From positions 73,594,001 to 73,658,000 of the forward strand of contig OX638152.1 of NCBI GenBank assembly GCA_951804945.1: a stretch of DNA of 64,000 bases. Reading direction: 5' to 3'. The position numbers and the translations under genes were made by a program. This document shows, one piece after another, positions 37,617-48,904 of the stretch. The stretch comes from Podarcis cretensis (Eukaryota). Numbering within the stretch: position 1 is the first letter of the stretch; the number at the start of each line of letters is the position of its first letter. The notes beneath the pieces are model-generated. The model was not told the origin of the DNA, did no database searches, and saw only the letters and a program-made list of their open reading frames with translations.

Positions 37617-39063
37617 ATCAAATAATATTTGTATGATTAATCAGCTAAGAAATCTTCAATTGGGTGACAGCCCTGTTTAGTATTAGCATAATTTGGATGT
37701 TTTAAAATTGCCGTAATTGTTTTCCCTTAGTGCAGAATTTTGACACAAAATATGGTTAATATTTTGCACAAGAGAATACCTGAATTGCATATGTTATGGG
37801 TGGTGCTAGTTTCCAGAGACTGTTATATCTGATACTGTCTATATATTTGTTCCTTGAGCTCATAACTGTGTATGTGGTAGGTATATTTGTACACTGTGTG
37901 TACAATTTAAGCATCCTCATATTAAAAACAGAGCAAAACTCCCTGTTCTTAATGATTTTAATAAGAACTGCAGATGTTATCAGCTTCCTCTAGTCTTGAA
38001 TGGGGTTTAAGAATATAAACTGACCCTCAGTCCCTTATCCCAATTAAGAAAGAATTTAGATCGCTCCTACAGATGGTGGCGAGTGAGATACGACAGGGTA
38101 AAGTGAAGCTTATTACTCTATCTCTGGGAACAATGACATTATCATACCAATCAGTTCCAGTCGCGTTACTTCCAGACAGGAGCGTGAGGATTTTGCAGTT
38201 ATCTTCCTGAAGAGGCAAGACCCTTGTAAACCAGTTGAGTAAACTGGTTCTTCTGCCTTTGCCTTGTCATATCATATCATACTGCAATTAGAGGTAAGGC
38301 AGAAGAAACAGGGCTGTCTTTGCAGTGATGTTTGAAGGCTCTGTGACTGAAATGTCATGAATGCACATAAAATTGTTTTCATTTCATGTCCTTAATTTTG
38401 CTCAGTTCATTTCAAGGCATTAAAAATACAATGGGTCTCTTTTCTAAAATGTAGTCTTCATTTCTGAAAGCAGATGGCATAGCCACAGCAATGTGGAACA
38501 CCCATTTAAAAATCGATCCGGGAGGACGCAATACACCAGCAGCAATCTCCAGACATGGGTTTGTTCTTAATTCCATAACATCCAGTTCACATCATTTTCT
38601 GTAGGATACACTGTCTGTGCAATCTGCACCATGATGCATGTCCTCCTGTATTGCAGTGGATGCAATTGCTACAAAGGCGCAGTAATCCAGAGAAAGTTAA
38701 TAGTGCTATTGAAATTTATGGAATCTAATCACATAGCTAAGCACTTCAGTCATGTTGATTTCAATGGGACAATGTGCACTGATCTTTCTGTGAACTGCTC
38801 CCATGCAATGTTCTTATTATTCTCCGCCTCTTAATTGAAAAGCTTTGTGTCTGAGTTTTCATTCCATGATATAAAAGTATAGTAAAATAGACAGTTGGCA
38901 TCTTGGTATGGGTCCATATCTCCTTGTGCTTGGGAGGCTGTTCCTAAGACAGTACAGGTGTCCCACCCAAGGCACAGGAGATATTGTCCACGATATCGGA
39001 CATTCATTCTCCTGCTGATATTGCAGTATGATGCATTCCATCACCTGCCAACCCTTCTGCATC
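37540..39063 (-). other. Candidate terminal exon / 3' UTR of an unidentified minus-strand transcript
   Basis: Strong acceptor TTCTGTTGTGGTCTGTTTGTTCTTTGTAG|GATGCAG at 39064/39063; largely repeat-free 1.5 kb; AATAAA (minus) near 37540; no peptide recognised. Confidence 0.25.
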
Positions 39064-39401
39064 CTACAAAGAACAAACAGACCACAACAGAATAAATGAC
39101 ATAAATCTGAAACCAGAAGTGGAAATATTCAAAAACCCATGGGGGGTGGGGAGGGACCTTCCAACCTCTAAGAATATTCTAAGAATGACCTTAAGGTGGC
39201 CAATGTGAAACCACTGGATTACTATTCATCAAGAGGTTCATTGCTACCACTTATGGATTTAATCATTTGTGTGATGAACAAGCACATGTCAACCTATCAA
39301 ATTACCTTTATTTAGATTATGATGAGATTTAGTGGATTCCCCCCACTAAAAAAATAGCAATTTTAAATGGATATAGATCTATTATTAAAGTCAAGGGGGC
39401 T

Positions 39402-39580
39402 TAGAATGAAAGAAAACCCCTGCTGGGTCTGAACAAAGGTTCACCTAGTTCAGCATCCTGTTCTCACAGTGGCCAATCAGATGCCTACAGGAAGCCTCTA
39501 AGCAAGATAGGAGGGCAGCAGGGCTTTTCCCAATTGTGACTCCCAGCAACTAGTATTTCGATGCTAGAGGTGGCACAGAA
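39402..39580 (-). mobile_element. CR1-type LINE 3' fragment
   Basis: CCTGCTGGGTCTGAAC...CTAGTTCAGCATCCTGTTCTCACAGTGGCCAATCAGATGCC resembles squamate CR1 3' region in reverse. Confidence 0.65.
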
Positions 39581-39644
39581 CTATCAAAGTGTGTAGTGAA
39601 AACATGTTAAGGGTGGAAAAGAGCAAATGTGGCTTGTTTGTGTT

Positions 39645-40211
39645 TTTCTCGGTAGTAGCACCCACCCTATGGAACACCCTCCCATCAGATGTCAAGGAGA
39701 TAAGTAACTATATAATCTTTAGAAGACATCTGAAGGCAAACCTGTATAGGGAAGCTTTTTACTGTGTAATGTTTTATTATGTTAAAGCCTCAGCGCCTAG
39801 GGCTTGCCGATCGAAAGGTCGGCGGTTCGAATCCCTGTGGCGGGGTGCGCTCCCGCTGCTCGGTCCCAGCGCCTGCCAACCTAGCAGTTCGAAAGCACCT
39901 CCGGGTGCAAGTAGATAAATAGGGACCGCTTACCAGCGGGAAGGTAAACGGCGTTTCCGTGTGCGGCTCTGGCTCTGGCCCTGGCCAGAGCAGCGATGTC
40001 ACGCTGGCCACGTGACCCGGAAGTGTCTCCGGACAGCGCTAGCCCCTGGCCTCTTAAGTGAGATGAGCGCACAACCCCAGAGTCTGTCAAGACTGGCCCG
40101 TACGGGCAGGGGTACCTTTACCTTTACCTTTAGTGTATCTATGGATGCCGCCCAGAGTAGCTGGGGCTGTCCAGTCAGATGGGTGGAGTACAAATATTAT
40201 TATTATTATTA

Positions 40212-40250
<39 letters not shown>
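39645..40250 (+). mobile_element. L2-type LINE 3' end with (TAT)n tail, interrupted by a Sauria SINE
   Basis: TTCTCGGTAGTAGCACCCACCCTATGGAACACCCTCCCATCAGATGTCAAGG, then GCCGCCCAGAGTAGCTGGGG after the SINE. Confidence 0.88.
39781..40131 (+). mobile_element. Slightly 5'-truncated young Sauria SINE
   Basis: Differs from 3051-3396 by 8 transitions and a 6-bp duplication (hand count). Confidence 0.96.
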
Positions 40251-40643
40251 GTTCCCCTTCTGCATTGTTTCCCTCGTTTCCTTTCCACTTTTATAGCTGC
40301 TTCTTGTTACTTTCATCTGCCCAATTACTTATTCCTGATTTTCCCACGTACGTTTAGAGTTGCAGTATTTGTAAAGCAGGCAATGAAAATATGTGGAATT
40401 ATTAATATAGTTGGTGAGAGTGTGTTTAATTCAACTTATCTTTAGAACAGACCTTTCCCTATACTGAGAGAAACATGGCATTCGCAAATTTATTCCTGTA
40501 TGCAATGTATTTATTGCTAAATTACTAAATATTTAGTAGCAGCAGTATAAGTTTGTACATTGAAGAGATTGCACAAAATGGTTGCTTCCATCTCTATGTG
40601 CGTTTCTGGAGTCTCTCTGTCCACTGGCGGTAAAATGAAAATA

Positions 40644-40898
40644 CCGTATTTTTTGCTCTATAAGACTCACTTTTTCGCTCCTAAAAAGGGGAAATGTGTG
40701 TGCGTCTCATGGAGTGAATGCAGGCTGCGCAGCTATCACAGAAGCCAGAACAGCAAGAGGGATTGCTGCTTTCACTGCGCAGCGATCCCTCTTGCTGTTC
40801 TGGCTTCTGAGATTCAGAATATTTTTTTTCTTGTTTTCCTCCTCCAAAAACTAGGTGCGTCCAGTGGTCTGGTGCGTCTTATAGAGTGAAAAATACGG
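40644..40898. mobile_element. Tc1/mariner-pogo MITE
   Basis: TA|CCGTATTTTTTGCTCTATAAGAC...GTCTTATAGAGTGAAAAATACGG|TA; internal ~30-bp hairpin arms at ~40740-40810. Confidence 0.93.
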
Positions 40899-42439
40899 TA
40901 ACCAAGATCAGGCATCAAGGAGAACAGTTAGGTACTAATTATACGCAGATAAAATATTCCTGTTCTTGAGTGGTAGAGTTTGACAAGAAAATGGAATCTT
41001 CAGGGGGGGGAGGGGCGATCTGTAAAGCTGAATGAATAGACTTAAGTAAATATTCAATACATGCTGAGGAAGTTACATTATTGGCCACCATTCTTAAACC
41101 TACCCATGCCAAACTCATCATGGTATTACAAAGTAACTTCAACAGAAGATAGGTGCAACAGTTGGCTGCAGAAAAGGGGGGGGGAGCAGTAAAAATAACT
41201 GAAATATTTGAAGGAAGAAATAATTTTCAAACATTGTGGTGCAGCCATTTGACCCTGACACCCATTACTTCCAAACAAATGTGACAGTATGAATCAACTG
41301 CAGTTTTGTTGCTAATAGACTTGATTAATGCTGAGAAAAAATAATATACATGGTATCCTCAACGGGTGTATAACTACCATCTTAAATGGAGTTTCCTGAT
41401 ATTTTAAATGAAAGTTGTAGTTTATTTTGGCAGCCGCTGCAGCACATAACTAACGTTTCATATTACACACAAGAATTATTTTTGGTGCCATTCTTAATGT
41501 GAAACATTTTTTTTTTTTGCTTTTGCTAAAAAAGATGGTAATTGCAACACTTAAATATGATCATTAGTAGTATAAAAAAATGAATAGAATAAAAACTTTT
41601 GGACTAGAGTTGAAAAGAGTAAACTTCTTGGCTGTTTCCTCTATTACAGCCAATGTCTTTTTATTGTCTGTTTTCATCTCCATTTTACTTTATCTGCGAA
41701 ACTACTTTGCATTTCAAGACATTTCCACTCACCTTGAGTTCTTGGTTCAAAAAGAAACAATAAAGTTTAATCTTTTCACTTGACAATGATGTATGGGTTT
41801 GTTGAAAAACACTTTTCAGGTATTATTATTTAAAAAAGTCCCTCTCTCTTTTTAGTTTGTCTTCCCCTTTTGATACAGAGACAAATATAAGATGCAATGC
41901 ACATGGAAGGGGTTTATCAAGAGTTGAATTAATACTAATTAGAAATTAAATCCACCCGAATGCCCCTTCTAAGAGCACTTCAGCAAAATCCTTCTCTAGG
42001 CTTGGTTATTTTTTTGTAGGCACAGAGCTTTCTAATAATCCTACTTGTGTTTAATTATTTTAAGCACCAGATTTGAGATCCTATTTTTCCACATGACAGA
42101 CCATTGGTCAGGGAACTTGTACCACTTTGCAAATAAAAAGCTTCCAATGACAACCCCCTTTTCTTTGCTTATTAACCATGGTAAATTCAAAGGTTGCTTT
42201 CTCGACAGTAGTGGTCCTTTATAGCCAGGCATGAGCGTTCACTCACATATAATTTATGTATCATTTTGGGACTTCTTCCCCAACCTTTCCACAGAGACAA
42301 CAGGAACTGCAACACCTAGAGAGAACATGGCGTGCTTCCAGATGGAAGTTTATTGTGGTGTTGCACATGCACATAAGTTATCTGTAGAGTCCACACAGCA
42401 TCATTATTTCTATTTTCCATGAATATTTGAACCACTTAA

Positions 42440-42800
42440 TCTCAGGGTTGTGAGTTTGAGCCCTATGTTGGGCAAAAGATTGCTGCATTGCAGGGAACTG
42501 AACTAGAAGAAGAAGAGGAGTTTGGATTTGATATCCCGCCTTTCACTCCCTTTAAGGAGTCTCAAAGCGGCTAACATTCTCCTTTCCCTTCCTCCCCCAC
42601 AACAAACACTCTGTGAGGTGAGTGGGGCTGAGAGACTTCAAAGAAGTGTGACTGGCCCAAGGTCACCCAGCAGCTGCATGTGGAGGAGCGGAGACGCGAA
42701 CCCGGTTCCCCAGATTACAAGACTACCACTCTTAACCACTACACCACACTGGCTCCTAGATGACTCGTGTGGTCCCTTCCAACTCTACAGTTCTATGACT
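42440..42800 (+). mobile_element. tRNA-derived SINE with CR1-like tail, split by a Squam3-type SINE
   Basis: B-box-like GAGTTTGAGCCC; ACTAGA|CTAGATGAC...GGTCCCTTCCAACTCTACAGTTCTATGA is a CR1-type 3' end. Confidence 0.75.
42508..42755 (-). mobile_element. Full-length Squam3-type SINE with (CTT)n tail
   Basis: Reverse strand begins GAGCCAGTGTGGTGTAGTGGTTAAGAG (A box), GGTTCGCGTC (B box); TSD CTAGA at 42503-42507 and 42756-42760. Confidence 0.9.
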
Positions 42801-43034
42801 CTTTGTGCACCACTTTTTTGATTAAGTGGTATATAAATCTTGTTGAATAAATACAAAAAATATATATAATGTAATCAAAATGCCAGCTCCCACTTTTTTT
42901 TTACATTTAATCTGGATTTCCCCTTCAGGTCCCGTCCCCCGTCCCCCCCGGAAAGTGCAGCTAATGGGTTCCTGTTATATCTGAACAGGACTGCTGTTCT
43001 ACAGGGCAGGGGTAGCCACCTTAAATGATGTTCT

Positions 43035-43477
43035 TTTAAAAAATAATAATAATAATTTTTATTGATTTTTCCATGTATACTTCTTCTAATGAAATATCTT
43101 TAACGATTTTTCATATTGTCCACCCTCCTCCCCTGGATTTCCCCCATGCTCCCATTTTGTTTTAGTTCCATATTGTTCACCCTGCGTATTGTTCCCCCCA
43201 AATTTTCTCAATACATATAGTCATATTTTTTGTTGTATACAGTTGTGATTGTTTACCCAGGCCCTGCCAATGAGTCCATTTCTTTATGTTGCCTCTTCAT
43301 ATATGTTGCAAATTTCCCATTCTCTTTTAAAGTCTTTGTTGTCCTTTTCATGTAATTTTTCTGTTAGTTTTGCCAGTTCTGCATATTCCATAAGTTTCCT
43401 TTGCCATTGTTCTTTCATCGGTATTTCTTCTGTCTTCCAAGTTCGTGCTAATATAATTCTTGCCGCTGTTGTTGCAT
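43035..43477 (-). mobile_element. 5'-truncated L1 LINE (ORF2 C-terminus plus 3' UTR)
   Basis: Peptide YATTAARIILARTWKTEEIPMKEQWQRKLMEYAELAKLT; 17-bp TSD ACCTTAAATGATGTTCT at 43018-43034 and 43478-43494. Confidence 0.92.
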
Positions 43478-43524
43478 ACCTTAAATGATGTTCTAACACT
43501 GAGCAGTGAATCATCCCTGCATCG

Positions 43525-43719
43525 TTTAGGAACACAGGGTGCTGCCTTGTGCCAAGTCAGACCAACGGTCAATCTAGTTCAATATTGTCTACTCAGACTG
43601 GCAGCAGCTCCCTAGGGTTTCAGGCAGAAAACTTTTCCAGCCCCACCTGGAAATGCCTGGGATTGAACCTGGGACCTTCTGCATGCGAAGCAGGTGTTCT
43701 GCCACTGAGCTATGGCCCT
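43525..43719 (-). mobile_element. tRNA-derived SINE
   Basis: Reverse strand GGGCCATAGCTCAGTGGCAGAAC (A box)...GGTTCAATCCC (B box); related copy at 45175-45340. Confidence 0.85.
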
Positions 43720-45174
43720 TCTTCCCTTGTACCAACTGCAGCACCTGCCTATCACCCAGTGGGCAACCTCAGCACACAGGCACATTATGCAGGGCACAAT
43801 AACCAGCCATGTTTGATGCAGGTACTACGATGAATATAAACTCTCGCAGCATTTCATACTGGCCCATTACCTCCAACCAAATCTTTAGACCGTAGCTGTG
43901 GTTCTTTCCCCCTGGAAAACAGTGTGTCTCGAATCCCATTGGGTGATGCGGAGTCAAAGCTTTAAATTAATCAGGCTGGTCATATAGCTTGCATTGGAAC
44001 AAAAAGTTATTTAACTTGTTGTGTCTTTCTTTGAGCTTAGGAAAGAATGCATAAAATGTATGATTTGTTCTGCAGGAGCACAGCACAGAAGTGGCCGCCA
44101 ATGCAAACAGACTGCCTCGCTGAATAAATGAAGACCGCTTGACTGATAATAAAAAAAGTTTTGGGTGGTATTTCTCACTGGAAAACTGGTGTCTAAATTT
44201 ATAACATATATAATTCAGTTTCCAAATAGCTACCAAGCCTTGGTAGGTCCCTTAATGAGGAGAAAAATACTATTTCAGCGGAAGGCTTTCCAACCTTTTC
44301 TAAAACTTTTTTTTCTTTTCAGTTATGTAAAGTTAAACAGCTGAAGCATGAGACCAGTTTTCTGACATGGATTAATTTCCTCAAGGAAGTAAAGCAAGCA
44401 AGGGCATTCCAATGCAGCCAACTGACATTGTGACCAATTTTTAAACTGCTTTCCGCTATACCCTTTGCTGGAAAAGGATGAAGAACATGAGGGTGAGTGT
44501 GGATTATTAGGACTTAATAATCGACCTATTACAAGATACATTTTATTCCTAGGATTTCCATGCCCTGCCCCCAAACCAGAATGATTAGTGAATTTACCAT
44601 TTCACTTTTGTGGTGCATTCCATTCTATTCAAGAGTCAGGCCAAAATTCTCCACCGGTGTTCAGAAACACTTTGGAAATTATTTCCACATGTCCAGGAGT
44701 CACTCGTAATGATGACCGCTAATACCAATCCTTTTGTTACAGTATTAAACTCAAAAATAGACCACTGTTGTCTTTGATTAACATAAGCAGAGTAAAGAAC
44801 AAAGACGTACCACTAGCATCGTGACAGTTTTATGGCTGCCATGTGAAGAAAAACGTATGCTTATTAGCATTGAAAATATAAAACATTCCTTGTTTTAGCT
44901 GGCTGTTAAAGTGTTATGATCTTCTCTCTCTGCTTCAGAACCTCAAAACCACAGACAAGTTACCTATTTCCTGCTCTGCACATCTGGGGAACTTGGTAGA
45001 TAAAGAAATTCAAAAACCCGGGGCACTGGACCAAACAGGAGGTCATTACAGATCTTCCCATGTGGTCTCAGCACTCTGGCCTGCCATACTTTAGTCTTTG
45101 ACTATATTTATTAGCTGTCCCACAACAAAAAGTTCTCAAAGAACACATTTAACACAGACGTATACAGAAATACT

Positions 45175-45340
45175 TAGGAACACAATAAGCTGCCTTAGAC
45201 AAAGTCAGATGACCATTGGGTCCATCTAGCCAGGTTTTGACTGGCAGATTTCCAGGACTTCAAGCCCTATCTGGAGATGCTGGGGTTGAACTGGGCACCT
45301 TCCACATGTTCAGCGGGCGCTTGACCACTGAGCTACAGCT
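45175..45340 (-). mobile_element. tRNA-derived SINE, same family as 43525-43719
   Basis: TAGGAACAC..GCTGCCTT...AGTCAGA...CATCTAG...CCACTGAGCTACAGC. Confidence 0.8.
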
Positions 45341-45465
45341 CAGTGTAGTAAGATATCCTCTAAGGCATATCCAGTAGTTCTTCATGCATCAGCACTAGCA
45401 GGTGAGAGGCGTGATAGGGCCACCTGCTCTAACAGGGTTGCAAAATGGACACCATGAACTGTGTA

Positions 45466-45784
45466 CAGTGGTAACTCGGGTTAAGTACTTAATTCGTTCC
45501 AGAGGTCCGTTCTTAACCTGAAACTGTTCTTAACCTGAAGCACCACTCTAGCTAATGGGGCCTCCTGCTGCTGCTGCACCACCAGAGCCCGATTTTTGTT
45601 CTTAGCCTGAAGCAAAGTTCTTAGCCTGAAGCAAATTTCTTAACCTGAAGCACTATTTCTGGGGAGGCGTTGCCAGGGGATCAGCTAGGTAAGGGGAGGG
45701 ACCACCCTGCCCACACAACAGAACTCCTCAACAATTAGTTGAGGTGTACATAACCTGAAGCATATGTAACCCGAGGTACCACTG
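45466..45784. mobile_element. Tc1/pogo (Tigger-like) MITE containing an 81-bp foreign segment
   Basis: TA|CAGTGGTAACTCGGGTTA...TAACCCGAGGTACCACTG|TA; repeated TAACCTGAAGC subterminal motifs. Confidence 0.93.
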
Positions 45785-46074
45785 TAATATATTGTTCACT
45801 GTTACTGAAATCAAATCATGCAATGTTTCCTTTTTTCGGCAGGAAACAATTTGGCATGTTTTCAGATAGGCGAAAAGGTGGGCTGTGACTTTCCACAGTC
45901 TCAGGAGAGACATGAAACTAGTACCTGAAGTATAGGGTTCCTTCAGCTGAGGGCAGGAGGAAACAGAGCTTTGTTTTAGGATCAAGCAAAAGAGGCAAAA
46001 CCTGCTTCCTCCAACTGCTGAAATCCTATGTGGCTTGGATGGTTAATATCCAAGTGTCGTTGGACAAGGTGAAG

Positions 46075-46390
46075 ATTATTTGTTTATTTAAACGTAATGT
46101 TTATAATGCAGCATTCCCACTGATATCAGTCCCTAAGATGGCTCAACACAACCAGCTAAAACAATCCGTACAATACCAACAAGAATAAAAGCAACAATAT
46201 TGCCAGTTTGCAGCAGTAAATCAATAAGGTAAGGTAATCACATTTTTTTTTTGTTGGCAGGTGCCAAATTCCAAAGTCTGGGTGCCACCACATTCCCATT
46301 GGCTTCCCAACTCAACTCAGAAGTTGGGAACACCAGAGCAGAGCCTTAGCAGAAGATCTTAATGACAGGATGAATTCATATGGGAGGCCC
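46075..46390 (-). mobile_element. Degenerate L2-type LINE 3' end
   Basis: AATTCCAAAGTCTGGGTGCCACCAC...GAAGATCTTAATG...TCATATGGGAGG. Confidence 0.55.
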
Positions 46391-46532
46391 ATAATCTAGC
46401 CAGAGCTCTCCAGCACTATATATTTTATCTAATCCTATATCAATTTCAGGGCCACCAAGATTTTCTGTGCTAGTGCAATTCTTAGTTGGGAGGAGCAAAA
46501 TTTGCCTACCTCAGCCAATTGCCCAATCCCGC

Positions 46533-46613
46533 CTGGGGAGGCGTTGCCAGGGGATCAGCTAGGTAAGGGGAGGGACCGCCCTGCCCACACAACAGAACTC
46601 CTCAACAATTAGT
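46533..46613 (+). repeat. 81-bp direct duplicate of 45659-45739
   Basis: 80/81 identical. Confidence 0.97.
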
Positions 46614-48904
46614 AACTTGCCCTTCTATGCCAGCTTTCCTGATTAGACAGACACGCAGACCCCATATTGGGCTCTATGGACTCCATATTGGATTCTATAC
46701 ATCTTCCCTTTTTTAGGTATAAGAAATACTCCTTGGTGTGTATGTGTGTGTAATTTGAGCTATGAATATTCAGGTTATGAATAAAAAGAGAGATGAATCT
46801 ACAATCAGATAAATTAATAATCAAATCTGTAATTAGTGCTAATTAATGAATCATCAGTTCAAGCTACACATAAGTGCCCAAGAGAATACTAAGGCAACAT
46901 TCTGATAGAACAAAACACCATGGGTATGTCTCTTCAGAAGATCAGGGTTTATTTTAACCAGAGGCTCCAATTTTTCTTCCAAACAGAAAGAGACTAATGA
47001 AAGGTACCCAGAGTAACACAGAGAAGCAGTGCCAGTTTTTATCCACCAAGATGAAAGTGAGATAGATAAACAAGTTTTAACAAGAAATTACATCCAAGGA
47101 GCCCCAAATTCTATTTTCACTGTAAAGATTCCTCTAAATCTAGAGACACTCCGTGGATTTAATTAACTACACTTCTTTTACTGCTTTCACAGTACAAAGA
47201 AGGCATGGTTACAAGGCAATGATGGCTTCTCCTGGTATTATATAGGAGCTCATTTGAGCCTGACAATGGGTGAGGTGAGAAAAGATGGGAGGCAGGGGCA
47301 ATGTTAGGATGGCCACATAAGCGTCATCAAAAAAAGAGGGCAGAAATTTGCATATGCTTATTTTAAAGATGTAAAATAAGCAATAGATTATTTTAATCAA
47401 ACTGAAATCCAACACATTTCATCATAGAGAGGAAGATTGTGACCTGCTGGCCAGAGTGCCTGCTTAGGCTGATGTCCAAGGTGCTAACTGTTGATGGGCA
47501 ATTTCAAGACCCCCTCTCTCCCTTCTTAGGGTTATCATGATCTTTCAACCAGACATCCCTTCACACAGAGGTCTGCCTTCTGAAAATCAGGACACATACT
47601 AAACAGTGTGCTGCTTGTGGGTGATGTGTTGTGATAGTCCTTCCATATTCTGCATGTGGTCCTCTGTGTCCAACTCTATTGACAGGGCCAGATTTAGATC
47701 AAGAGAGGCTACTCCACTTGTGAGGCCCCTCCCCATCCCCCACCCTCACAACTAGAAGGAAGTGGAAGTGTTATAAACAAAACTGAGTGAAGCCAAGGAT
47801 GATGATGGGTATTTAAAATTCTGCAACTCACAATTTCTCATCTAAAGGACATAAGATATTATTTAAATACCATGGTGATTTTTTAAAATGCATAAAATTA
47901 ACACTGAAAAACTTTTGCAATAACTGAACTTTATAAACTTTTTGTGACCTGGGCAGGCCGGGTCTTCCTGTTATATACCTGCTGAGATTGACAAGGCATC
48001 TGATCCTCACCTGAATCCTGATGAGTGTTTGGGTCTGGCCACCAGATACCAGGCACTCTACTAATCAAATTAGGCCCCAGTGTTTTTGTTACAATCCCCT
48101 TCTCAACTAAGTAATTAATTTTAATCTAGAATTTAAATTCCCAAAACATTCTTATTTGTTCATTTGAGCAAGTAAACTAGTGCTCTCACTTCATTACAAA
48201 CAGTATGTCTACCTGCAACACACCTTTTCCTTTCACAGATATTTTGTTGCCATTGCAACTGTAGCTGTCTCCGATTAGTTATCATTTAACTCTTGGGGGA
48301 AATAATTAGCATCACACGTCAGATGCATGGAAGTTGCCAAACCAATTAGCCAACTAGAAGGATTACTGTTAATAGCACCAGTTTTCCTGTAACTTGATAT
48401 TATTGGATAGTTCTGATGAACTGCAAAAGCATTTTTAGTTTGCTTTCTGTTGCCACCCTGGAACTTTTCTTTATTAGTGTCACTTTGTTTTGTATGATTC
48501 CTTGCAAATGAAGGAAAACAACTTTTCTGCTTGTATATGTTGATAATATAATTTTGGTTACTGAGGACACACAAGATTGTAAAAAAACAAGATTGGGTGC
48601 AGCCCTGGCCAGGACATGGGCATCCTGACTGTGACAAAGGTGACCTGTGTGTGTGCTTGCTTGCTTGATAACAGCTGTTGGGAACTTCAAGGTCCCTGCT
48701 CTCCCTTCTTATGGTCTTTGTACTGGACCTGGAGACTCCAATAGAGAGCATTCCATGTCAAGAAGGAGGGCAAGTGGGCACCCTATCAAATGACAGGGCA
48801 GGAGCTACACAGAGCAGGGCCTTTTCACTGGTGGTGCCCATTGTATGCCTCGCTCTCTTTTGGCCTGTATTTTGGAGCTTTATAATTTAGGAAGATTTTG
48901 AAAT

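Noticed and set aside
38830-39063. Selenoprotein exon with TGA plus SECIS
   Set aside because: The stem lacks the ATGA/GA quartet and apical AA arrangement, and the readthrough peptide resembles no selenoprotein I recognise.
43640-43719. tRNA gene (also heads at 3030, 6548, 42690)
   Set aside because: A/B boxes are SINE heads followed by SINE bodies; no complete cloverleaf evident.
45470-45660. CRISPR-like periodic TTCTTAACCTGAAGC repeats
   Set aside because: Subterminal repeats of a eukaryotic MITE; no unique spacers, no cas genes.
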